Below are positions 1 to 13,506 of a stretch of 64,000 nucleotides of DNA, piece after piece. The DNA comes from Trichodelitschia bisporula (lineage: Eukaryota), in contig ML996687.1 of the NCBI GenBank assembly GCA_010356995.1, forward strand, positions 63,803-127,802. The letters are read 5' to 3'. Every line of letters starts with the position of its first letter. Within the stretch, counting starts at the first letter, position 1. Made by a program: the position numbers and the translations under genes. Under the pieces are notes generated by a model. That model was given only the letters and a program-made list of their open reading frames with translations, searched no databases and had not been told where the DNA came from.

Positions 1-608
1 GACTCTGCGCCGCTCCTAGAACTAACAATGTAATCAGCACCCTCCCTCTGTCCCTCCTCTCCTCCCTTTCTCTCAACCTCCTCCATCTCCTAACCCTCAA
101 TATCCCACCACACCACACCACACCACCCCAAACCCACCCTGCATCGATCTCCGAAACCCACAAACCAGCCCACGGCCACCCCCCCTCCCTCCAACCCCCC
201 ACCTCACGATCCCATCTCCATCGCCACTAGGATCCCGTTTCAGCGCCCGGTTCAAACCAAGCTTCAGCCCCAGCTAGCGGGCTGCACCACCCGCTCCACG
301 CCAAAGCGAGCCTGAGTCTGCGCTCTGCGCGCGAACCGCACCAGACCGTCCCAGACCAAACTAGAACTACCCCAGACTCGACCACACCAGCTTACCCACG
401 CCTCCCGCAGAAAGACCATCAGCGACACGGACACGCCACGCCACCACCCCCCATCGCACGGTTAGTACATTACCCCCCCCCGGGCCGAACGCCTCCCCCA
501 GCACCATCCCCAAACACCACTCACACATACCCGACACAGCCATCCATAAAGCACATATACCCCCCACCGTCCCCCACCCCATCCACCTTACCACCATCCG
601 CAAAAAGA

Positions 609-2518
609 ATGGGTCACATCGCGCACTGCCTGCGCCGGGACTTCGACATGGCGGGCTCGTTCCTGATAATGGAGGACATACCGTCACCACCCCCCGTTAC
701 CACACCGCACCCCCTCACTCACCAACGACTCGGAAGCCCGTTCTCCCCCCACCACCGCACCAGCACCATCAGCCCGATGATGGCCACGCACCTCCCCACC
801 AGCATCACCGGCTCGCCCGCACACCACGGACTGGGCATCTTTTCGCCCACGCACCCCAAGCAACGCACCACGCCCATCGTGAAGTACCAGCTCTGGCCCC
901 GGCCCTCGCGGACGCCTACCTCGCCGAGCAACTCCTCCTCCCTCCCCGGGGCCAACGACCGCGCCGCCGCACTCGCAGCCGGCCGTTCCCCGACCTCGCT
1001 TTCCGACACTGCGATCCGACCCCCGGGCCGCGCATCCCTGGCAAGAAGGCGGAACATCAGCGTGCCTGAACTCGGGCCGCCGAGGCAGCTTGCCCGCGAG
1101 CGCGAGGCGTGTATGGACAGCCGTAAGCACAGCGCCCTCCAAACCCGAGCCTCACTAACCAGATAGCCACGATCCCCGGCCGCCCGCCTCTCCGCCCGTC
1201 AGCACAGAACCACGGGCACGAACGGTCTTCTTCCGCACCTGGGACATGGCGCTCGCACCCCTTCAGCGCCGCACTCAGCACACCCCTTTCCCCGCCACAC
1301 ACCAACTCAAACCTCGCCCCCTCACCCCCCCACCCCACGCCGCCAACAACTTTCAACCCCACCCGCCCGCTCAGTCCCATTATGTCACCGGCCGACACGC
1401 CCACCACGGCAGTGTACACCCCGACTCCGCCTAGGGTACCGCCTAAGTCGCCACTTGCGCCAGCCGAGGGCAGCAGTAGTGCGAAACTGCTGCTCAAGGC
1501 GAAGAGCATGGCGTCCATGCGCCCGGTTGGGCGTGCAGGGCCGCCGCCGCCCATTCGGGTGCCGACCCCTGTAGTATTGCAGCGAAGGGCAGGAACGCCG
1601 GTTACGCCGGTTAGGGAGGAGGCTATGAAGGAAACGGCGGTGAAGGAGACTCCGGTCAAGGAGTGCGTGGCGAAGGAAGTGGCGACACCTGCAAAGGAAA
1701 TGTCGACGCCCGCCGGGAAAGACACACCGACCCCTGCTGGAAAGGACGAGACACCGGGCTCGATCATGGAGCGCCCGCGGCCGAAGGGCGTACGGCGTAA
1801 GGCCGGGTCCGCGAGCGGGAGCAGCGATGGGAGGGCGTCGCCTTCGGGGACGCCGGACTCACCTGCCCTGCCCCGCGGACTGAGGCCGCAAGCGGCGAGC
1901 GTGGCCATGAGCCAGGCGGAGAAGGAAGGCTTGCGGCAGCAGGCATTTGGGCAGGCGGACCAGTTCGAAGTGCTGGGGGCGAAGGAGGTGGCGGCGATGT
2001 CGCGGGTGAGTCTAGCTTCCGGCCTGTGTTCATGATGGGGGTGCTAACGAGGGCAGGAATTGAGGGCGTTGGATGAAAGATGCGAGTACCTGCGCAAGAC
2101 ATACAAGTCCCTTCGTGCTGGGCGGCAGAAGCTGCACGGCCGGCTCATTGGGTATCTCAAGAGCGAGACGCTGGTGTTTAGTCGCGAGGGGTTGTTGCGC
2201 CAGCAGGAGGCGCTTCTGGAGTTGGATCGCAGTATTGATGATTGGATTTTCAAGCTGGAGAGGGCGGAGAATCGCCGACTGAGGTTGAGGCAGAAGATCC
2301 TGGAGCATGTGGCTGCTGCGATGGCGCTGAATACGCTGCCTGAGGCGCAGGCCCAAGCTACGCCGCCTGGAAGTCCCGTACGCGTGATCAGTCCTGCGCC
2401 GTTGCGGATTGACAGGAGGGGTGTTGAGAGTATCAAGGTGTATGCTGATGGGCAGGTGCTGAGCTTGTTTTCGGATATTGAGCAGGCGGTGAATCAGATG
2501 TGCGAGGCGGTGGGTTAA
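609..2518 (+). CDS. Up-regulated during septation protein 1 (Uds1)-domain protein, 3 exons
   Basis: ORF pieces join in frame across introns 1123-1166 (GTAAGC..CTAAC..TAG, giving MDSPTIPGRPP) and 2006-2056 (GTGAGT..CTAAC..CAG). The C-terminal ELRALDERCEYLRKTYKSLRAGR..LELDRSIDDWIFKLERAENRRLRLRQKILEHVAAA coiled region is typical of the family. Start codon uncertain (609 or 648). Confidence 0.8.
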
Positions 2519-5009
2519 TGCGGATGACGCTTATGGTTACGAGACGATGTACATCACGGTCCTTTTCGCTTCTTCCTGTCTTTTTACTTTCTCTTCAGGC
2601 GGCATTGCCGGTAGGGGGCGTTGGTGTTTTTTTTTTCATCTCCACCTTCCTCGTTGTACATTTCTCCTGGGAGTTGCACAGCTGTACGTTAATGAAGTCA
2701 CGGGCGGGGACACCACAGTCTCACGACGAACGAGCCACGAAGCACGCACGGAGCTGTAGATAGCTAAAAATCATGAAATTAGCGTATCTTCTGCTTCTCG
2801 TGCCTCGAAAACTGTCTCTGTTTCTCCCGTCACTCACTGACGTCGTGCCTTCAGAAATTTCATACGACTCATGGACATCGTGCCTTCAGAACTTTCACCC
2901 AAATCACCCTCATCGTCCCTCTAGAACCCTCACGCCACAACCGACGCCGCAAGCCAGACCCTCCGGCACCCCGCATCCGAAAAAAAGGCCATATGACCTC
3001 CCCCCGTTTCCCCGCATCCGGCCCCGGCAGCGATCAAACCGTGCCTGGCAGCCGGCAGGGTCGAGTCAAGCCGCGCGCCGTAAAAGAAGCGTACGCGCAC
3101 GCGCACACGCCGGGTTTGTCTGCTGCGCGCTTGCATGCGATCCGACTGTCGCAACAGGATGCAGGTCGGGTCTTTGCGGGTGTACCAACGTCGTCGATGA
3201 CCGCCGGCCGGTATTCGGCTGTACAACCGACGGGGGGAGGGGGTGCGGCTCTGGTCATGACCGGGAGTGAACGGGGAGAGCCTGGGACTAGTGGGAGTAA
3301 GGACGCTCCAAGTGCGAAGGCGACTGTCAAATCTGAAGTCGGAGTAGAAGACGAAGAGATGGAGAGAGGAAGACACTCTCAAGACCAAGTACATCATGCC
3401 AAGTATCCTCCGGTGTTATTTTCTACTACCATTGCGCACATTACATCATGTGCCTTCCTGACACAACAATGCTCCTGCATTATGTCTACGTCAGAGTCGG
3501 AGTCGGAGGGAAGGAGCTGGGGAGTGCAACGGTTGAAGGGATGGGAGGGTGGAGGGTACGATGGTGCCCGGCCAGAGATCAAGGAATGGTGGGGAGGTCC
3601 GGGGAAGTGTGGGGGAGGTGCGTTCCGTAGTCGGAGGAGGAACAATGGCCTGATGCTGTGTACAATGGTAACCTTACGTACACTTCTCGTCATTGACGGT
3701 CGGGTATCGCTACCTCTACCATATTTCACCTGCCATTCCGCTGCCTCTACTGTCACTCCTTTACTATGCCGCTGATGCTCAGTTGTCTTGCTTTATCGTA
3801 CAGCGCCGTCTCTGGATCGCAGCATATAGCATCCGATGATACCTCTAAATGATTGATGCGATAACGTCACTACGCACCCGCGCCGTCACCAGCACCGCAA
3901 TGTACAGCACCCTCGCCGCTGAACGGGCAGCTTCGGCCCGAGGGGAAGAAGTTGGCTTGCACTGTCGACGCGTTGCTGGGCGCCACACTCCCGAAACCGG
4001 CTAGCCGACCCACTGGCCGCGTGGCAGGCGCACTTCACCGAAGCCGGCTCACGCTCCGGTCATGTTAGGGCGTGGAGGCAGGCGCGGTTGCCGATCTACC
4101 GCATCGGACATGAGCAGTTCGGGGAATGTGGGGGTGACGAGTGAGGCGGCGAGGACCGGTCGAAGTGTGGAGACTAACAGCAAGCTTTAACGCTACTAAC
4201 CCTCGGCTATGTTGATGAAATCAATTAGATGGTCGAGAGGCGAGGGCGCGGACAGTCGCATGGTGTACGGTGCGGAGTAGAGGGGACGTCCGCTGTGGTA
4301 GACTGCAAGCCTGCGGACCGGCAACGAAGTCTACGGGGCTGAATCCGACGCCGTGACACAGCAGCCGCTCTACCAATGCCTTTGGACGACTATAGCCGCA
4401 GCACATCGAGTGGCGCACCCGGCACGTCGTTCGGTACCGTCCGTCGGCACCCTGCCTCGGCTCGGGCACGTCCTTCAGCCAATCGGCTCAAAGGCCGCCA
4501 TCGAAGCGCAGGGTTGCAACGGGTAACAGCCGGGGCAAAACGCGGGGTGCAGCGCTAAAGCTACAGCGTCACATCGTCTTGTGCGCTGCTGCCGAAAAGT
4601 GGGGACAACCATCGTGAAGTCGGTGGCTTCGGCTTCAAGGACTTGATTCAGGGCACACGTGATTTGCGACCAACCCCGAGCGGTGATGGCCTTGCAGGTC
4701 TAGCACGATGTTACGCTGTCCGCGCCCCGGGTAAGGCTTTCCAATTGACGGAGTAATTCCGTTGTGAGTGTAGCGCGCGCGGACGGACTCATGCTCGGCG
4801 CATGTTCCCCCGACCCTCCCCGGATACTGGCCACGATTACCACTGATGTGCGGGGGAGGGGATCCTGGTTCTGCGAGGGGGCAGGCGGAGAAATAGGTAT
4901 ATTTGATATTAAGCCTGGGTGTCGAAATTTTGGACGTGTTCATGAGGGACGGTTTTTGCGACGTCGCATCGAGGGAGATTGTTGAGCCTCAGTTTCACAC
5001 ATCGCAGCC

Positions 5010-6680
5010 ATGGCGCTCCCCCCCAAGATCTACCAGGTACGTTTCAGCCTTGCCCTCCTGCACCGCTAATACCAATGGCAGTTCCTCGTCGCGGTGTTCG
5101 CATCCCTCGGGTCGCTCCTCTACGGCTACGACCTCGGCGTCATCGCCGAAGCCATCGCAAGCGAAAACTTCACAAACCTCTTCAACCCCACCAAGAACGA
5201 AATCGGCGCCGTCGTCTCCGTCTTCACAGGCGGCGGGTTCTTCGGCGCAGCGCTCGCGGGCCCGCTCGGCGATCGCTGGGGCCGCAAATGGACTATCCTG
5301 ACGGGCGCGCTGGTTTTCTGCCTCGGCGGCGCGCTGCAGACCGGCGCACAGAATCTAGGGTACCTGTATGCTGGTCGTGCGATCGCGGGTCTCGGTGTCG
5401 GTGTGCTGGTTATGATTGTTCCGCTGTACCAGGCTGAGCTGTGTCATCCAAGTATTCGTGGGCGTGTGACGACGTTGCAGCAGTTTATGCTCGGGATTGG
5501 CGCGCTGATTGCGTCGGGGACGGGATACGGTACGCTTTCCACTCTGTATGAAGATTGGCAGAGGCTAACGACCCAGGTGCCTACACCGGCTTCCCCGCAA
5601 CCTCGTCCAAGCAGTGGCGCGTGTCTCTCGGCATTCAAATCATCCCGGCTGCTCTCCTCGCCGCCCTCATCCTGCTCTTCCCCGAGTCGCCCCGCTGGCT
5701 GATCGCGCACGACCGTGCCGAGGACGGACTGGTCACGCTGGCGCAACTACATGCGCGCGGCGACACGGAAGACGTGTGGGTGCGGGCGGAGTGGACAGCA
5801 ATTCAAGACGCCGTCGCTGTTGAAACCGCAGAGGGGGCGCGCAGCTACGGGGACCTGTTCAAGAAGAAGAGCAGCGCGCGGCGACTCTTCCTCGCTGTCG
5901 CGCTGCAGGCGAGCGTGCAAATGACGGGCGTGTCCGCCATCCAGTACTACAGCGTTACGATCTTCAACCAGATGGGCATCAGTGGCGGCGACACGCTCAA
6001 GTACCAGACGTACAACAGCGTGATTGCTCTGGTCGCGCAGGCGTTGTGCATGTTGCTCGTCGACCGCCTGGGCCGGCGTTGGCCGCTGATTCTGGGGAAT
6101 CTGGGGAATTGCGTTACGTTTATTGCGGCGGCGTGCCTGCTCGCGAAGTACCCGCCCGATGCGCTGGGTGGGAGTAATGCGGTTGCGGCCCGGGGTTTCA
6201 TTGCGGCGACGTGGTTGTTCAATTTCTCGTTCAGCGCGACGTGTGGCCCGTTGAGCTGGATTATCCCGGCCGAGATTTTTGATACGGCGACGCGCGCGAA
6301 GGGCGTGAGCATTGCGACGATGACGAGCTTTGCGTTTAACACGATGATTGGGCAGACCACGAGTGTGGCCATGGAGACGATTAAGTGGCGGTGGTATATC
6401 TTGTTCGTGGTACGTTGGACATTTTGATCAAGGAGGAGCAGAGGCTAATCACCAACAGGTGTGCAATTTCACCAACGCCGTCTTCTTCTGGGCCTTCATG
6501 CCTGAGACGAAGAACCGGCCGCTTGAGGAGATGGACTACCTTTTCACCAATGCGCCGCTGTTCGTGCCCTTCATGGATGTGAAGGAGTACGAGTCGCATG
6601 ACCTTGAGCGCCGGGTGGAGGAGCAGCAGCGCAAGGGGAGCGTGGAGCACGTTACGGATGTCGGGAGGAAGGCTGAATAG
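5010..6680 (+). CDS. MFS sugar porter (hexose/pentose-type transporter), 4 exons
   Basis: Motifs LLYGYDLG, DRWGRK, PLYQAE, PESPRWL, DRLGRR, WIIPAEIF, PETK. Introns 5037-5081, 5530-5576, 6410-6458 with canonical GT/CTAAY/AG. Confidence 0.95.
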
Positions 6681-8598
6681 GGCTGGAGTATGGACATGCG
6701 GGTCCGAGTAATGGGTAATGGTACCGTAGTGAATTGACTATTGGCCGTGAATCCGAGGTTGGAGAAGTTCTATGGAGGCCGAGTGAGAGTGTTCTCTACC
6801 ATGGGGACGGAGCCGAGCGACGGTACTGTACCCTATGCCAATGGAGATGGAGATGGATCCGAATGTGGATGCGCCTTCTGGAGACGCATCCGAATGTGGA
6901 TTCAGCCTCTCGATGCATCCGAGGGGCGATATGCCCATGGAGCCGGACCCGGAGATAGTGGCCATGGACATCGGCCCGTGCTTCTGCAGACGATTGGCCC
7001 GGGCCACGCGGCGTCGCGAATTGGCGGTGTTCCTGAACTTCGTGGCATGCTGCACGATGCAGGGCGCTGCACACTCGGAGCGAGAGCGTGCGTTCGCGCG
7101 GGCTGACGGCGTGCTGAATGCGGTTATTTCTGCCGAGGCACGAGAAGGTGGTGATGATGCGCGGTTCTTGCCGATGCGGTAGGTCTGAGTACCCGTTGTC
7201 CGATACGTACCCCACGCTGACCCGGAAGCCTCGAGTTCCGAGACCGTGGGAAGGGGGCTCCACTGTCAGCTCCACCCTCGTGAGAACTGAAATTTCGGGA
7301 TGAGGTCGGTTTGAGGCGGGGAGTGGTGTGGGATTCCATTCGAAGCGGGGAGTGGTGTGGGGGTAAGTGGCATGGGGCGGGGGGGTGGGGAACACGATAG
7401 GGCTACCCGTATCGCGCGCGAAGCTAAAAAGGATTCGCGTGAAGTCTAGCGCGAAGCCTAAAGGAACATCAGCGACGACGATCACTGCCGAAAAGGTAAT
7501 GACTGATGGCGTTCAGCTCCCCCAGCCTCCCCGCCTCCGATTGCCGATCTGATGCATTGTTGGGGTGGCGTGGCTCAGATTGACAGTGACAGCGAGGCGG
7601 TGCGGCAACTTCACGCCTCCACGCTCTCCACAGTGTTCGTGTTGATTCGTCCCACACATGCACTTCTCAACTGCAGTTGCTATTGAAGCCCTGCATAAGT
7701 ACATACGGATGTACCGTATGCACTGCGATACGGTACCGTGCTATGCAGCCGTGGCAGCTAATGCATATTGCCAATGCCGATGGCTATTGTCTACCCGCGA
7801 ATTCAATAGGCCCTGCAGTGACCCGACGCGTTCCTGCGTCTTGACACGGCGACACAATTGGGGGAGGCCGGGGATAAGCTCCGCGCCGCTTATGGATGTG
7901 ATCGAATGATGTTGCTTTGCCTCACCTATCCCGCTGTGCACATGCCTATCTCGTTCGTCTCCGCAGCAATCGATCGTCCCTTTGCCTCCATTGAAGTCTG
8001 GCATACTGTGCGCTATTCGCAGGCAACGACCTCGGCCTTGACCAGCTTTCTCCACACTTTGTCCACTTTGCATCCAGGCGTCCCGGGCTCCTCTTCTATA
8101 TACATGTCGAAAGAGCCAGAACGTCGGCCGCCCGCTGTCGTCCACGGTTCATCGTTCGCCGACTCCTCCGACCTCACCACCTTCAGCCCAGACTTTGTGG
8201 TTTTTTCCTGCCACACGGCGGCGCGCTTTGTCTCACTCCTGCCAGCCTCGAGGTAAGTCCCTTTCTCGGCTTCTGCGTGCTGCACCTTTCTCCCTCCCAC
8301 TTCTCCTCACCGCATGAGCACGGCTCGACTCGTGCTTCCCCATCCATTCATCCTTTTCTCCCTTGCATCTTGCATCTTCTTCCTCCGCATCTCTATCCTA
8401 TCCTATCCAATCCCTCCATCCTCCATCCCAAGTCCTTCCCATCCAATCCATCTCACCGGAGCTCCGACGTGCCATCCCCCGCTCCAGACCATCGGTCACG
8501 GCGACCCTCCCCCCCCCCCCGTCACCGTTATTTGATCCCCCCCCCCCAACCCATCCGTCGTACATCGTTACATCAACCTCGCATGCAACCACCATACC

Positions 8599-11343
8599 AT
8601 GTCCTCTCTAACCTCTCAGCGCCGCAAACCCCGCCCCCCCCGTCACTCCCGCCCCGTCGACGCCAACGAACTCCACCGCCGCCTCGAACTCCTCGCCCTC
8701 GTCGCCAACACAATCGGCTACACAATCCCTCGCCCCTTCACGCCTGCGAAGTCGCGCTCCCCCTCCCCCCCAGCTTACACGAAGGCCTGGCGCAAAGCCG
8801 CCGCGACCACGGCCCGCAGCGTCGAGTTCCAGCGCGTCGAGGCCGACGCCGTGAGTACGGTGTCGACGCGCCGCCGCCACGACACCAAGAATCGATGGAT
8901 CAAGGGGCTCCGCGACGACCGCGGGGGAGACGCGTCTAACCCGCTGCCGCCCGAGGCGAATTCTTCAAGGCCACTTTCCTTCGTGCGTCCCGAGCCAGCG
9001 CTTGCGGATTCCGAGAAGGCGCGGCTGGCGCGCCACGACGCGGCCCGTGCGTGTGGCGCCCCGCACCCCGGCCCCACGAGTCCGGCCGGCGCGTCGGGGA
9101 TGCAGACGCAGACGCAGACGCAGAGAGTCGGTGCAGGCCTGCCTACGATAACTCCCCCGGTGCCCAGCGGGGAGGCACCGCATGTCCCCGTCCCCGTTCC
9201 TGCAGAGGCTATGGGTGCATCGAGTCCGCCGTCGGAGCAGCGCAAGAAGCGACGGAGCTGGAATCTCTTCGCGCGACGCAGCAAGGCTGACACCGCCATC
9301 GTCACGCCCGTCCACGACAAGAGTCCCTTCGCCGCCCCGCCGATCATCCACGATGCGCGCCCCGGCACGGCAAAATCCCCCCCGCCAGCACACAAGCTCA
9401 AGGACTCGACGGGGAGTTCGTCGCGCGCTGGCCTCACGGACACCAGCACATCTACCACGGATCTGAGCACGCTTCTCGCCGCCGCTGCTTCCCAACAAGC
9501 TCAATTCCAACAATCACAACTCCCCCCCGAGCCCCTAGGCCTGCCCTACGAAGATCATCCCTCGCCCAGCATTTCCCGCGCCCCGTCTGCGACTTCGACG
9601 TCTGCGCCGGCGAAACGGCAACGGCGTAAGTTACAGCGCCGCCGGCCAAGACAGGGGATTGCGCTGCAGGACGGGGTGCCGGCGCATGTGCAGAGCCCTG
9701 CGCAGGCCCTGGACGGGGATTTTGGGGCTGGGGCTGGGGCTTTTGGGGGTGGTGCTGAGGCAGGGCTGGGGTGGGACATGCACGAGCGGGCGACGTTTGC
9801 GGCGGAGGTGGCGTGCGCGTTTGGGGGTGGGGAGGGGGGTGGGGGTGGAGTGGGGGATGGGCAGGGGAATGGGGGTATGGATGGGTTAAGGCAATACCCG
9901 CCTGCCCCACGGCGGACGTTTCCCCCGTCTGAGGGGTATACGAGGCAGATGCGGGAGGGGAGTCGGCCGGGGAGTGCAGGGGTTCCGAGGGAAATGGGAC
10001 TTGCGAGGAGGGAGGAGCGGGATCGGAAGAGTGCGAGTGTGTTTGTGGAGAGGAAGAGGGGAAGTGGGATTGATCGGAAGTTGAGGGAGGAGATGGAGTG
10101 GGTTAGGAGGGGGAGTGGTGGCGTCGGTAACGGTAACGGTAACGGTACCGCGGCTGGTATTGGCACTGGCGCCGGCGTTGAGGGCGGGCCGGGAGAGAGC
10201 AGGGCATGGACAGGCACATGGGTCGACACGCAGTCTGGCTCTAAAGACAAGAAAGACGACGCACCGGCATCCCCCTCCCCCCCCGCCCTCCCGCCTTCCA
10301 CCCCCTCGCCGCCCGCTCCAGACGCCCTCCTCCATCCCTCCCCCCAACCCGTAGCCGACACGCCCCCCACTTCGCCCTCTCACTACTCCACGCCCTCCCC
10401 CCCCCTGCAGCAACCCAACCCCTCCCCTCCCCCACCACAGACAAAACCAAGCACAAAACCCCATCTCGACCATGCCGGTACGAAACCGCACCTCGACCAC
10501 GCCACCTATCCCTTCCCTTCCCCACCCAACCATTCTCAACCTGAAAGTTCAACGTCGCTTCCCCTCCCCGCCCGCAGACCGACGACGCCGGGGACTGCTG
10601 CGCTAAGGCTGGTGACGGATGAGGAGGCGAAGTACATGACTAAAGCGAGTCTGGCGCTTTTGAAGAAGCAGGAATTGGCGTTGAGGAGGAGGACGGTGGG
10701 GATGGGGGGCGAGGCCGAGGCTGAACCCGAGACCGAACCTGGGACTGGAGCAGGGCGGGAGGAGAAGAAGGAAAGGGAAAGCAAACCCCGCATGTGGGCC
10801 CACCTCAAGCGCCGCTCGCCTACACCGCCGCGCGCCCGCCCGGCTCCGGACGAAGGCGAAACCGAAGCCGAGACCAAAGGAGTGGTGCCGGGGAAAGAAA
10901 CCCTCGTGGTGACAGCCGAGAAGGTTAGGATGACAATCGACCGCCCCCGCCGCGCACATCCTGGCCCTCCGCCACCAGCCATGACCAACCCCGGCATCGG
11001 GACGCTAAGGAACTACTCGCGCCCGAATTCCCGCCCGAATTCTCGACCGAATTCGGCGCAGCGGGCGGGGCCGCAGGGCGGAGAGGTTTGGAGGGGGCAT
11101 GGCTACTCCGCTTCCACCAGCGACGTCGGCGTTACTTTTGGCCCCGGTGTCCGGACGCGGGGATGGAGGTATGGGGATGGGTATGGGGTGCAGTTTCCAG
11201 TGTCTGTGTCGAATCCGGGGAGTGTGCATGGTAGGTCTGAGAGCGTGGACGAGGGGAAGCCGGTGAGGAAGCAGAGTTTCTGGCGAAGGTTAAGTGGCTC
11301 TGGGCGGGACGTGGGCGCGGAGAGGGAGAGGGTGGGGACGTGA
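8599..11343 (+). CDS. Hypothetical low-complexity Pro/Gly/Ser-rich protein (914 aa), no recognisable domain
   Basis: 2.7-kb uninterrupted ORF with ACCATG start context; predicted to be largely disordered. Confidence 0.65.
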   Translation: MSSLTSQRRKPRPPRHSRPVDANELHRRLELLALVANTIGYTIPRPFTPAKSRSPSPPAYTKAWRKAAATTARSVEFQRVEADAVSTVSTRRRHDTKNRWIKGLRDDRGGDASNPLPPEANSSRPLSFVRPEPALADSEKARLARHDAARACGAPHPGPTSPAGASGMQTQTQTQRVGAGLPTITPPVPSGEAPHVPVPVPAEAMGASSPPSEQRKKRRSWNLFARRSKADTAIVTPVHDKSPFAAPPIIHDARPGTAKSPPPAHKLKDSTGSSSRAGLTDTSTSTTDLSTLLAAAASQQAQFQQSQLPPEPLGLPYEDHPSPSISRAPSATSTSAPAKRQRRKLQRRRPRQGIALQDGVPAHVQSPAQALDGDFGAGAGAFGGGAEAGLGWDMHERATFAAEVACAFGGGEGGGGGVGDGQGNGGMDGLRQYPPAPRRTFPPSEGYTRQMREGSRPGSAGVPREMGLARREERDRKSASVFVERKRGSGIDRKLREEMEWVRRGSGGVGNGNGNGTAAGIGTGAGVEGGPGESRAWTGTWVDTQSGSKDKKDDAPASPSPPALPPSTPSPPAPDALLHPSPQPVADTPPTSPSHYSTPSPPLQQPNPSPPPPQTKPSTKPHLDHAGTKPHLDHATYPFPSPPNHSQPESSTSLPLPARRPTTPGTAALRLVTDEEAKYMTKASLALLKKQELALRRRTVGMGGEAEAEPETEPGTGAGREEKKERESKPRMWAHLKRRSPTPPRARPAPDEGETEAETKGVVPGKETLVVTAEKVRMTIDRPRRAHPGPPPPAMTNPGIGTLRNYSRPNSRPNSRPNSAQRAGPQGGEVWRGHGYSASTSDVGVTFGPGVRTRGWRYGDGYGVQFPVSVSNPGSVHGRSESVDEGKPVRKQSFWRRLSGSGRDVGAERERVGT

Positions 11344-12064
11344 GGGGGGGGTAATGAGGGATGTGTGTGGGGGAATGGGCGTTTGGGTTGCATAGCGTGG
11401 GCTGGGAATTGTCGCTCCTTCGGGCTTTGGGGGTTGTAGATGGTTATCCTAATTTATGGTTTGGCATCACGGTGCTTGCGGGCGAGTGAAGTGTGACCGG
11501 GCGTAATGGCTATGCTATGGTCATTCTCCTCATTCATAGTCCTCTTGATTCATCACAGCCGCTCAAAAAGTCATGGCCGCCCCATGCGCAAAAGCGCCTA
11601 AATGGGTAGGCCACGACTTTTCTGCCCAGCCCTTGGTCCCTGCTACGGTCCGGTCCGGTCCGCAGCGCCCTCGACCAATCAGAAGCTAGCATTCCTCAAC
11701 ACCAAAAGCTGCGTATCCGCAGATGGTTGCCACGACATAAATATTCCCCAAAAAGGCCACATCGCTCCCGAGTGCATGTCCTTTGTAACCCAGTTACCTA
11801 AGGCTATTCTATTTCTGACTAATATTTTTTCTACGCTCAAATACGTGTTCTAAAGCCTCTGAACGCAAATTCGCTTATCGTCGCCTAAATTCGCCTATCG
11901 TATGAGGCGAATCGGAAGGGCTATATCGAGTAGGAAGGCTGCGGAGACGGCCTATAAGAAAGAGGGAAGGGGTTGTAGGGTATTTAAGGGCGGGCGGCGC
12001 AGTTTCGAGAGGAATAGAATAGGTAGAGTATAGAGATACTGGAACTAAACGCTCGGAATGCTGA

Positions 12065-12126
12065 GGAATACGGAGATGGAGCGGAATACGGAGATGGAGC
12101 GGAATGCGGAGATGGAGCGGAATGCG
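12065..12126. repeat. 18-bp tandem repeat GGAAT(A/G)CGGAGATGGAGC, about 3.5 copies
   Basis: Units start at 12065, 12083, 12101, with a partial copy at 12119. Confidence 0.9.
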
Positions 12127-13506
12127 AGAAGTACGGTCATTCTTTGTTCTGAGGAATACCTCTGACGTCTAGGGCATTCGCGGCCAACAGTAATAAGATT
12201 CAAATAGTACCGCAACACTATGGAATCACGGGCGCGATGTGCAATCACCACGCATTGGAGAATATTGGCAAATTGGTGTGTGGGACGGAAGTTGGAGTTG
12301 GGTGGGTGGGCGAGATATGTCCAAGGTGTGCAATATTCGGCCGTTAACTTTGCGGCGACAAACGCAGGAACCCACTGGCCAACCTGGATCAAATCTGCAA
12401 ACGTATTGCGGGTATACCGAAGTCAGGAATCTGGATGATCCTGAAGAAGAGGGTTTGGCTGCGACAGGTATCCCTCGCCCAGCCATTCGAAGCCGGGCTA
12501 CGCTGGCGATCAAGAAGTCAGCGGTGTGTATGAGCTTGGAATCATATCTGGGATCATCATGTGCTGGTTGTCCTCCATCTTTGGAGCACGCCGACCGTGG
12601 ACGGGCAAATGTGGGGAGCGTTTGCCGTTGCTGCAGGACGATCACGGTGTTTACCACCAAAGGCTTCATCTCAAGACTTTCTGGCATCTTATCCCATCAC
12701 AAGCAGGGCTGCCGCATGGTTCTTGCTCCCTTGGAGTCGAGTCACGCAAGATGGTTGCTCAGTTGAATGCAGAACATCGCCGTTTTCAATGCGTCACGCT
12801 CCGACTGCGGCGAACAAAACTCAAACACACTGCTGGTGAACTCAACCAACAGTATGCTTGCACTGTTTTTAGGTTGCTTGCGCTGGACGAACAGCAGGAC
12901 AGTCACTCGTGCGTGGTTACTATTGCTCTATGATTGTGCAAAGGTTAACACGAAGAAAATCTTTGAAAGAAGCTGTCAGGGGCGCACAAATCACTGGTTG
13001 CAGAAGCCAGGAAAGCGCTCCATCACCATTTTCTATTTAGCCAGGACCTCGCCCACTGCAACAATACTTCCATCATGGCCTCACTGGCAGCACCGCCACA
13101 TCCAGAGTCTGTGAAGGGGATGGACATCACATGGGGGTGCCTTCCTCTACCTCCTTTGTGGAGGCACCTCCGGACTTCAGGCATCACTGCACTGCTGCTC
13201 ACTGGATATTCGCTGCCTGACAGTCACCTGGGGGTCGTCCATCGTTCCTTCCTCAACTGGGGACGTGAGAGCCAGAAGGGGTTAAGCAAGACTTCCCTCT
13301 TGCCTTACTATTTAAACGCCGCGCTGAGCACAGAGAATTGACTTCCTCTGTCACAGCACTCTCATCCAGACATCACCTCGAATCCTAAACATCACTCATA
13401 CTTCATTCACATTACTTCGCAATATCTTACAACGGCGAGTGTAAGTGCCCTCTATGTTAATGAACTTACCGACGATTAAGTACTAATTTTCTGTGAACAC
13501 TATACT

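Noticed and set aside
2773..3775. ORFs of 165 and 260 aa
   Set aside because: No recognisable motifs, overlapping open frames typical of GC-rich intergenic DNA; not supportable as genes.
6734..7485. Several overlapping ORFs after the sugar transporter
   Set aside because: No domain or splice support; a small orphan gene cannot be excluded.
12226..13341. Transposase or other gene in the lower-GC island
   Set aside because: No DDE, RT or integrase motifs seen in any listed frame.
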